In this document: in pieces, positions 25,698 to 32,000 of the stretch
How positions within the stretch are numbered: the stretch's first letter is position 1
Layout: every line of letters starts with the position of its first letter
Source of the DNA: Acaryochloris marina MBIC11017
Lineage (GTDB): Bacteria > Cyanobacteriota > Cyanobacteriia > Thermosynechococcales > Thermosynechococcaceae
Length of the DNA stretch: 32,000 bases
Reading direction: 5' to 3'
Assembly (NCBI RefSeq): GCF_000018105.1
Contig: NC_009925.1
Span: 570,001-602,000 of the forward strand
Notes under the pieces: model-generated
What the model saw: only the letters and a program-made list of their open reading frames with translations
Databases searched by the model: none
What the model was told of the DNA's origin: nothing
Position numbers and translations under genes: made by a program

Positions 25698-25917
25698 TTA
25701 AAAAGTAAAATGCCTGGCAGGTATGCCCGCGAGGATGGGACGATTCTTAACATCCACTGTTTCTAATTCTGCAACTAATCAAGCAGATGCACCAAAACCA
25801 GAACCTTAGTTTTTCCCTTAAGTTTCTCCCTAAGATTCTGATCTTCCCTAGCTATATATTAGGTCTGCCATGAGAGTGGAATCAAGGTTAGCCTATTGTT
25901 AGCTTGGAGGACAAACC

Positions 25918-27291
25918 ATGACTGCTACAGCACCTACCCTAGCCCCTACTCCCTCTGCACCCATTCCTCGTATTCCAGTACCGACGTGGCTGCAAACGAT
26001 ACGAGCTATAGCCGATCCCATTCCATATCTAGAGAACGCCTATGCTCAGTATGGCGACATCTTTGAAGGGCGATCCTTTGGCTTCCCCCCCTTTGTGATC
26101 CTTAGTCACCCAGATGCCATTGAGCAGGTTTTTACCACTGACCCCAGCCTTTTTGATAGTGTCAGTGGCAATCAGATCATCTCTCCCATTACAGGTGATC
26201 AAGGACTTCTGCTGTTAGAAGGAGAAGCCCATAAAAAACGGCGGAAATTGGTAATGCCTCCCTTTCACGGTGAGCGAATGCGGGCCTATGGCGATGCCAT
26301 GTGTGCGATCGCAACTCAAGTCTCCCAAGAATGGCCCCAAAATCAGCCCTTTGTGATGCGCTCAGCCACCCAAGAAATTACCCTTCGGGTCATTCTCCGG
26401 ACCATCTTTGGGATTGACAACAATGAGCGATTTCAGCAGCTCAGTCAGCTTCTGGACGAGATGCTCCATACCTTCGATACTCCTTTGGGGTCGAGCCATC
26501 TCTTTCTCACCGGGTTGCAAAAAGACTTAGGCCCTTGGAGCTTATGGGGGAAATTCTTGCGACGCCGACAAGCCATCAATGAGCTGCTATTGGCTGAGAT
26601 TCAGGAACGGCGGCAACAGCCATTGGGACAAGATATTCTCAGCCTGCTCCTTGCTGCCCAAGATGAGCAGGGAGAACCCATGAGTGATGCCGAGCTTCGG
26701 GACGAGTTGATGACGCTTCTTTTTGCTGGCCATGAAACCACGGCGTCTGCGTTGGCTTGGGCCTTCTACTGGATCCATAAGGTTCCAGAAGTGCGGACGA
26801 AATTATTAGCAGAGTTAAGGGATATCACCCCAGATACAGACCCGAGTGAGATTGCCAAGCTCCCCTATCTCAGCGCAGTTTGCTCAGAAACACTGCGCAT
26901 TTATCCCCTGGTGTTGTTTACCTTTAGCCGTACTCTCAAACAGCCTCTACGAGTTATGGGCTACGATCTGCCTCCAGGAGCAATGCTGACCCCCTGTATT
27001 TATCTGGTGCACCACCGCGAAGATCTCTACCCCAATCCCAATGCCTTCCGACCGGAGCGCTTTTTAGAGCGCCAGTTTTCACCCTATGAGTATTTCCCCT
27101 TTGGCGGGAGTAATCGGCGCTGTTTAGGATATGCATTTGCCCTATTTGAGATGAAATTAGTGCTGGCCACCATTCTCAGGCAAACCAGCCTACAATTGGT
27201 CAGCTCAAAACCTATTCAACCCGTTCGGCGGGGAATTACCTTTACGCCAGCAGGGGGTGTGCCTATGCTAGCTACCCGCCTAGGTGGCTAA
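25918..27291 (+). CDS. Cytochrome P450 (CYP110/CYP120-like cyanobacterial type)
   Basis: I-helix LLFAGHETTASALAW, an ETLR (ExxR) motif, and the heme loop FPFGGSNRRCLGYAFALFEMKLVLA. A GGAGG SD lies 7 nt upstream of the ATG. Confidence 0.92.
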   Translation: MTATAPTLAPTPSAPIPRIPVPTWLQTIRAIADPIPYLENAYAQYGDIFEGRSFGFPPFVILSHPDAIEQVFTTDPSLFDSVSGNQIISPITGDQGLLLLEGEAHKKRRKLVMPPFHGERMRAYGDAMCAIATQVSQEWPQNQPFVMRSATQEITLRVILRTIFGIDNNERFQQLSQLLDEMLHTFDTPLGSSHLFLTGLQKDLGPWSLWGKFLRRRQAINELLLAEIQERRQQPLGQDILSLLLAAQDEQGEPMSDAELRDELMTLLFAGHETTASALAWAFYWIHKVPEVRTKLLAELRDITPDTDPSEIAKLPYLSAVCSETLRIYPLVLFTFSRTLKQPLRVMGYDLPPGAMLTPCIYLVHHREDLYPNPNAFRPERFLERQFSPYEYFPFGGSNRRCLGYAFALFEMKLVLATILRQTSLQLVSSKPIQPVRRGITFTPAGGVPMLATRLGG

Positions 27292-27314
27292 ATTTTGGAT
27301 TAAATTGTTGTCTC

Positions 27315-28058
27315 CTAGAGTTCCTTCTCTAGGCTCTGGAGCATTCGGTCTGCTTTATTAGCGATATGGCGGTGCTGTCTGTAATAGAACTCAGGGCAAG
27401 CTTTCAGTTTTGACAGCATTGTTTTTAAGATTTCGTAGGCATCCTGTTTCTCACCATCTTCAGCTTGGAGCGTAGCCAATATTAATGCTGCCTCAGGATG
27501 ACTCCAGGCTTTAATATCTTGAATGAGGTGGGGTTTTGCTAGTTCTCTCTGTTCACTGGCGACGAGAACCTTACCCAGCAGCAAGGAAGCATCGCCCCGT
27601 TTATATTCAGAATCAAGAGATAGAATCTGCTGTAGATAAGCTTGAGCTTCCTCCCATCGTTTGGCAGCTGTTGCCACTGACGCGAGTCCCCATAAGGCAT
27701 CGAGATAGTTGGGCTCTTTGGAAATGGCTTCTTGAAAGGCTTCCTCCGCTTGAGTTACTTTACTCATCTCCAGCAAGACGTTACCCAATTGAACATACTG
27801 GTGTGATTTACCAATATTAACGACTGCAGCTTCGGCCGCTCGTAACTCTCGTCCTTTAGTCCAGCGTTTAAAGTAGCTGGGAGCTGAAGATGTATTCATT
27901 CGCGGTAGCATTCTCGTCGCGAAATAAATGACAGCACCCAGATAGTTAAAGAATAGCAACAGCCAGATCCAAACATTTCGATCTGGATCGTTTCGGATGC
28001 AATCGAAGATCGCATACATCCAAAAACCCGTTGTGGCAAATACAACAATATGAAACAT
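27315..28058 (-). CDS. Membrane protein with a PLDc_N-type N-terminal two-TM domain fused to TPR repeats
   Basis: MFHIVVFATTGFWMYAIFDCIRNDPDRNVWIWLLLFFNYLGAVIYFATR matches the PLD-nuclease N-terminal (PLDc_N) pattern. TPR-like helices follow (..AEEAFQEAISKEPNYLDALWGLA..). ATG at 28058; the track uses the TTG at 28061. Confidence 0.75.
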   Translation of the reverse strand: MFHIVVFATTGFWMYAIFDCIRNDPDRNVWIWLLLFFNYLGAVIYFATRMLPRMNTSSAPSYFKRWTKGRELRAAEAAVVNIGKSHQYVQLGNVLLEMSKVTQAEEAFQEAISKEPNYLDALWGLASVATAAKRWEEAQAYLQQILSLDSEYKRGDASLLLGKVLVASEQRELAKPHLIQDIKAWSHPEAALILATLQAEDGEKQDAYEILKTMLSKLKACPEFYYRQHRHIANKADRMLQSLEKEL

Positions 28059-28329
28059 CAAAGGTAGTCTTATGAATTACCCTTAGGTTTCCCATTTCCA
28101 ACCTTTAGGTGATCGAATTTCAAGTTTTTGAATAAAAATCACGATTTTCTAGGTCAAAAAACGAATGGCTATAATGATTTTGACTATCGTCTAGCAGCCT
28201 GATTTCCTATAAATACCTACAGAATCTAAGTTCAGGTTAAGACCATTTTTTAGATTCTTCCACGCAAGAATGAAGGTTTAAGATTATCCTGAACTCAGGT
28301 TATATAGGTATGTTCCTATATAGAAATAG

Positions 28330-30012
28330 CTATTCGCTTAGGTCAACGCTATAGATTGTTTGTGTTTCTAAATCATGACATAAGGGTAAAGGTAATTGAT
28401 CTGCCTTAATGCTTTTTCGGTCTAATTTGACTTGGAGATTTTTGAGCGGATCGGTGCCAGAAGAAATCAAAAATTCAACACTAGCAACATTAGAATCCTG
28501 CTTTAAATCTCCAAAGATACGAGTAACCGCTTCCCGGTAAGGGTGTCCTTTTTGTTGATACCAATCTGCCGAGGCAACATCTGGCTGGTCTAAACCTAAA
28601 TGACAAATCAAGGAGGGGCCTTCGAATAGCGCTATTGCTACAGGACGGGCCTCTTCTTGCAGTAAAAGATGCTGGTTGTCTGCCAAATGACGAAGTTTTT
28701 CGAGACGGTCGTAGCGCTGAGTCACATCTAAGGGTTCATCCTGCCATCGAATAGCAATCGTCATCAGGTAGGTTTGCAACAGCATATGACCTAGCTTTTC
28801 TGCCTTAGTGTTTAAGTAGGTCGTATTGTAGGTGTTGGCCTCGATTAGCAAGGGGACTCGATCAGCAACTTCCAACCCATAGCCTTTGAGCCCTGCTATC
28901 TTACGGGGGTTATTGGTAATCAGGCGAATTTTTTGAATTCCCAGATCATTAAGGATTTGAGCCCCTACACCGTAGTTTCGTAAATCGGCTGGAAATCCTA
29001 ACTTTTCATTTGCTTCTACGGTATCGAGACCCATATCTTGCAAGGAATAGGCCTTCAGTTTATTGACTAGACCAATCCCGCGGCCTTCTTGTCTTAAATA
29101 CACGACGACGCCCTGCCCCACATTCTCAATCATTTTGAGAGCGGCCTGGAGCTGCATACGACAGTCACACCGAAGGGAGCCGATGGCATCTCCGGTGAGG
29201 CATTCGGAGTGCATCCGCACCATCACGGGCTGTTGACCAAACTGCTTTGGATCGCCTTTAACAATGGCGACATGTTCTTTGTGATCGAGCTGATTGCGGT
29301 AAGCATAAATCTGAAACTGGCCAAACTCAGTGGGCATATCAGCAACAGTTTCTCGATGAACAAACCGCTCATGTTGAAGCCGATAGCTAATTAAATCGGC
29401 AATGCTGATGATTTTAAGCTGATGTTCATGGGCATAGTCTTTGAGTTGCGGTAGGCGAGCCATGGATCCATCGGGATTTTGGATTTCACAAATTACGCCA
29501 GCTGGATATAACCCTGCTAAGCGAGTCATATCAATCGCCGATTCAGTATGACCTGCTCGCTGTAACACTCCACCAGAGCGGGCTCTCAAAGGGAAAATGT
29601 GCCCAGGACGTCGCAAATCTGTGGGTAAGGAATCTGGATTGACGGCGACTTGAATCGTACGGGCTCGGTCTTCCGCTGAAATGCCGGTTGTTACGCCTAG
29701 ATGAGGAGAGGCATCGATACTGACGGTAAAGGCCGTTTGGTTCATGTCGGTGTTATTGGTAACCATCAGTGGCAGCTCTAATGCGTCTAATCGCTCCCCA
29801 GTCATGGCTAGGCAAATCAACCCCCGCGCTTCCACGGCCATAAAGTTAATCATGTCAGGGGTGGCGAATTGAGCTGCACAAATTAGATCGCCTTCGTTTT
29901 CCCGGTTCTCATCATCCACTACGACAATGGCATGTCCCGCTTTAAACTCCGCAAGGGCATCTTCAATGGAGTCAAATTCAAAAGAGTCTGTTGGCGTAGC
30001 GTGGGGATTCAA
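28330..30012 (-). CDS. ribBA: Bifunctional 3,4-dihydroxy-2-butanone-4-phosphate synthase / GTP cyclohydrolase II with a ~148-aa C-terminal extension
   Basis: RibB part: [20 protein letters not shown], ..HTESAIDM.. RibA part: [24 protein letters not shown], ..[11 protein letters not shown].., ..[12 protein letters not shown].. The only canonical start upstream of the conserved N-terminus is TTG at 30012. Confidence 0.93.
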   Translation of the reverse strand: MNPHATPTDSFEFDSIEDALAEFKAGHAIVVVDDENRENEGDLICAAQFATPDMINFMAVEARGLICLAMTGERLDALELPLMVTNNTDMNQTAFTVSIDASPHLGVTTGISAEDRARTIQVAVNPDSLPTDLRRPGHIFPLRARSGGVLQRAGHTESAIDMTRLAGLYPAGVICEIQNPDGSMARLPQLKDYAHEHQLKIISIADLISYRLQHERFVHRETVADMPTEFGQFQIYAYRNQLDHKEHVAIVKGDPKQFGQQPVMVRMHSECLTGDAIGSLRCDCRMQLQAALKMIENVGQGVVVYLRQEGRGIGLVNKLKAYSLQDMGLDTVEANEKLGFPADLRNYGVGAQILNDLGIQKIRLITNNPRKIAGLKGYGLEVADRVPLLIEANTYNTTYLNTKAEKLGHMLLQTYLMTIAIRWQDEPLDVTQRYDRLEKLRHLADNQHLLLQEEARPVAIALFEGPSLICHLGLDQPDVASADWYQQKGHPYREAVTRIFGDLKQDSNVASVEFLISSGTDPLKNLQVKLDRKSIKADQLPLPLCHDLETQTIYSVDLSE

Positions 30013-30274
30013 AGTGACGGTACCGTAACGTTTTTTAACATCTTCCCCTTAATTCTAAGGGGTGGGGACGCCAGTTCGCACAGAATCCTTTGATTATCCA
30101 AAACCAGTCGAAATGGGTATTTGGTACTACAATGCAGCTCATGTGAGCTAATGCAGTCGTTGCTATTCAATGCAGTGATCGATATCAATAAAAGTGGTGA
30201 TCGATATCATCATCGTTATTTTTGGGAAGCCTGAACTACATTAACTGTTTGTATGACTGACCTCTGAGGAAAAA

Positions 30275-31339
30275 ATGAATATGGGTTCTCAGGAAGATAT
30301 TCCTGTTGGCATTATTGGAGCGTCTGGATATGGCGGGGTCCAACTGACTCGCCTACTGTTGGAACATCCCCATGTCCATCTGGCCTATTTAGGGGGCGAT
30401 AGCAGTGCGGGGCGTCCATTTGCAGACTTGTATCCCCACTTGGGGTTTAAACAAGACTTAAAAGTAGAAGCCATCGATTTAGACAAAGTTGTTGAGCGGA
30501 CCCAGGTGGTCTTTTTGGCTCTTCCCAATGGTTTGGCCGCAGAGATGGCACCGACTTTGGTGGAATGCGGTTGCAAAGTCTTGGATCTCTCTGCCGATTA
30601 TCGATTTACAAACCTGGACACCTATGAAGATTGGTACGGGACGAAACGACAAGATCGTGATTTGGCCTCTACAGCAGTCTATGGTTTGCCCGAACTCTAT
30701 CGACAGGGAATTTCAACGGCTAGCTTAGTGGGCTGTCCAGGGTGCTTCCCCACCGCTAGTTTGTTGGCTTTAGCCCCCTTGCTCAAACAAGGTTTAATTG
30801 ACCCGAACAGTGCCATTATTGATGCCAAAACCGGCACCTCTGGCGGAGGACGCCAAGCTAAAACCCATCTGCTCCTTGCTGAGGCTAATGGCAGTATTGG
30901 TCCTTATGGCGTCGCCCACCATCGTCATACCCCTGAAATTGAACAGGTAAGTAGTGATTTGGCAGGGCGAGAGGTGGTTGTCCAGTTTACGCCTCATTTA
31001 GCACCCATGACCCGTGGGATTTTGGCCACGGTTTATGCCACGATGCGAGACCCTGGGCTAGTGAGAGAAGATTTGATTACGATCTTTAGCGCCTTTTATC
31101 GGAACTCACCTTGGGTCAAGGTCTTACCGGGCAGTACCTATCCCTTTACGAAATGGGCCTATGGCACAAACCTTTGCTACCTCGGCATAGAAGTGGATCA
31201 GCGGACCGGTCGCGTTATCGTGATTTCTGCCATTGATAATTTGATGAAGGGTCAGGCGGGGCAAGCAGTCCAATGCTTGAACTTGATGATGGGTTGGCCA
31301 GAAACCATGGGATTGCCGGAACTAACCTTTTACCCCTAA
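30275..31339 (+). CDS. argC: N-acetyl-gamma-glutamyl-phosphate reductase
   Basis: [18 protein letters not shown] Rossmann loop, active-site [17 protein letters not shown], and ..[15 protein letters not shown].. Confidence 0.95.
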   Translation: MNMGSQEDIPVGIIGASGYGGVQLTRLLLEHPHVHLAYLGGDSSAGRPFADLYPHLGFKQDLKVEAIDLDKVVERTQVVFLALPNGLAAEMAPTLVECGCKVLDLSADYRFTNLDTYEDWYGTKRQDRDLASTAVYGLPELYRQGISTASLVGCPGCFPTASLLALAPLLKQGLIDPNSAIIDAKTGTSGGGRQAKTHLLLAEANGSIGPYGVAHHRHTPEIEQVSSDLAGREVVVQFTPHLAPMTRGILATVYATMRDPGLVREDLITIFSAFYRNSPWVKVLPGSTYPFTKWAYGTNLCYLGIEVDQRTGRVIVISAIDNLMKGQAGQAVQCLNLMMGWPETMGLPELTFYP

Positions 31340-31387
31340 GGGAACCGTATTGGGGGAAAATAAAAGAGTTACAAATTCTCTAAGTAG

Positions 31388-31822
31388 ATGGCTACAAATC
31401 ATAAAAATAGGCTGGTGTGGGCGGTGTGGACCATCGTCACCATTGGCATGGGTTCTGCGGTTGGGGCTTTGGTGGGTTCAACCAAGGCGTCTGCAGGAAC
31501 GACGATGGCAGTGGTCACAGGAATGGGATGTGTGATTGGAATTGGTGCTTTGGTGAAAGCAATCGCTAGCCGTGCCAATCAAGATGCGACTGCTGGATGG
31601 GAAGCCCTCTCCGTCAAAGCCAGTTTTTTGCTCGGTGCCATTAACTTATCAGTAGGCTTGGTCCTGGCTCCCATTGCTATCTGTAGTATTGTCTGGCCGT
31701 TTGCTGTAATCAATTGGACTCAAGTGGGAATGATCATTGGCATCATTGCCTCTGGTATGGGGGGACTGCTGGCAGCTATGGTCGAAATTCGCGCTTTGGA
31801 AAATCCGGTGGTGGTGGATTGA
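31388..31822 (+). CDS. Hypothetical small membrane protein (about 4 TM, Gly/Ala-rich)
   Basis: 144-aa ORF with hydrophobic glycine-zipper-like segments (VWAVWTIVTIGMGSAVGALVG, AVVTGMGCVIGIGALV, LLGAINLSVGLVLAPIAICSIV, VGMIIGIIASGMGGLLAAMV). No recognised family. Confidence 0.6.
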   Translation: MATNHKNRLVWAVWTIVTIGMGSAVGALVGSTKASAGTTMAVVTGMGCVIGIGALVKAIASRANQDATAGWEALSVKASFLLGAINLSVGLVLAPIAICSIVWPFAVINWTQVGMIIGIIASGMGGLLAAMVEIRALENPVVVD

Positions 31823-31825
31823 TGA

Positions 31826-31999
31826 CTAGCTGGATGCACTGGTGTAGAAACGAAGTGCGAATTGCCAAAACCGATTGGACAGTATAAATAGGGCGATTGC
31901 GAGTATACCTGCCCCTAGGCTCCAATTCCAGGTGGCTCGATTAAGCATGGCTTGAGCGGGCACTGTAGTTAGGAATGTTACGGGTATCACAAAGGTAAA
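31826..31999 (-). CDS. C-terminal fragment of a membrane protein (5' part beyond the right edge; possibly an ABC-2-type permease)
   Basis: Not in the ORF track (open at the edge, 57 codons plus stop). Manual translation: FTFVIPVTFLTTVPAQAMLNRATWNWSLGAGILAIALFILSNRFWQFALRFYTSASS*. It is hydrophobic and open to the window edge. The family guess is weak. Confidence 0.4.
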   Translation of the reverse strand, partial: FTFVIPVTFLTTVPAQAMLNRATWNWSLGAGILAIALFILSNRFWQFALRFYTSASS

Positions 32000-32000
32000 A

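Noticed and set aside
28301-28322. A perfect AT-rich hairpin TATATAGG-N6-CCTATATA just downstream of the ribBA stop, and the nearby ATTCTT-N6-AAGAAT hairpin (about 28253-28270).
   Set aside because: Neither is followed by a U run in the ribBA (minus) orientation, so I cannot call an intrinsic terminator. The stems are AT-only and weak.
30117-30130. An NtcA-like palindrome GTA-N8-TAC (GTATTTGGTACTAC) between ribBA and argC.
   Set aside because: Six fixed bases are expected about 8 times by chance in 32 kb. I could not find a properly spaced -10 (TAN3T about 22 nt downstream) for either divergent gene. It stays a possibility but is not reportable.
30013-30274. An FMN riboswitch upstream of ribBA, and similarly a TPP riboswitch upstream of thiL (24201-24265).
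   Set aside because: I could recognise none of the conserved core sequences of these riboswitches, and the thiL leader is too short. An Rfam scan would be decisive.
1-32000. A search for tRNA/rRNA genes, CRISPR arrays, IS elements or transposases, integrases, toxin-antitoxin pairs, and restriction or other defence genes.
   Set aside because: I found no T-loop/acceptor-like sequences in the intergenic regions, no regularly spaced 25-40-bp repeats, and no ORF with transposase, integrase, nuclease or defence-type motifs. The window is essentially core-genome apart from the ars locus and the orphan/P450 segment.

Overview
The window looks like a densely packed chromosomal segment of a cyanobacterium. 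Support: 14 exact copies of the HIP1 octamer GCGATCGC, an Omp85/BamA with a Pro-rich N-terminus, a CYP38/TLP40-like cyclophilin and a Synechocystis-type ArsC. I support about 28 protein-coding genes, two of them cut by the window edges. I saw no rRNA, tRNA, CRISPR array, transposase or phage gene. Gene order, left to right: lpxA (partial, -); an unassigned 512-aa GpsA-like gene (+) wedged antisense into the outer-membrane/lipid A cluster fabZ-lpxC-bamA (-); purC; a small conserved protein; an inositol-monophosphatase-family gene; a WG-repeat protein; an SLC13/TrkA-C permease; an arsenic locus (SAM methyltransferase, MerR-family regulator, acr3, arsC, all -); glyS; an M16 peptidase; a TPR protein; an EF-G paralog; murI; a cyclophilin; thiL; an AT-rich orphan; a cytochrome P450; a PLDc_N-TPR membrane protein; ribBA; argC; a small membrane protein; and a partial membrane-protein gene. 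Most of this is housekeeping. The best candidate for something undescribed is the acr3-arsC operon, which is headed by a Cys-rich MerR-type regulator behind a textbook MerR-class promoter (20-nt spacer filled by an ACCTT..AAGGT dyad), with no ArsR in the window. Secondary candidates are the degenerate GpsA-like gene that splits the lpx cluster and shares overlapping convergent stop codons with fabZ, the EF-G paralog lacking the catalytic His, and a 400-bp gene-free AT-rich region ending in a GT-only tract at the murI ribosome-binding site. All functional calls come from reading motifs by eye. No database search was run.
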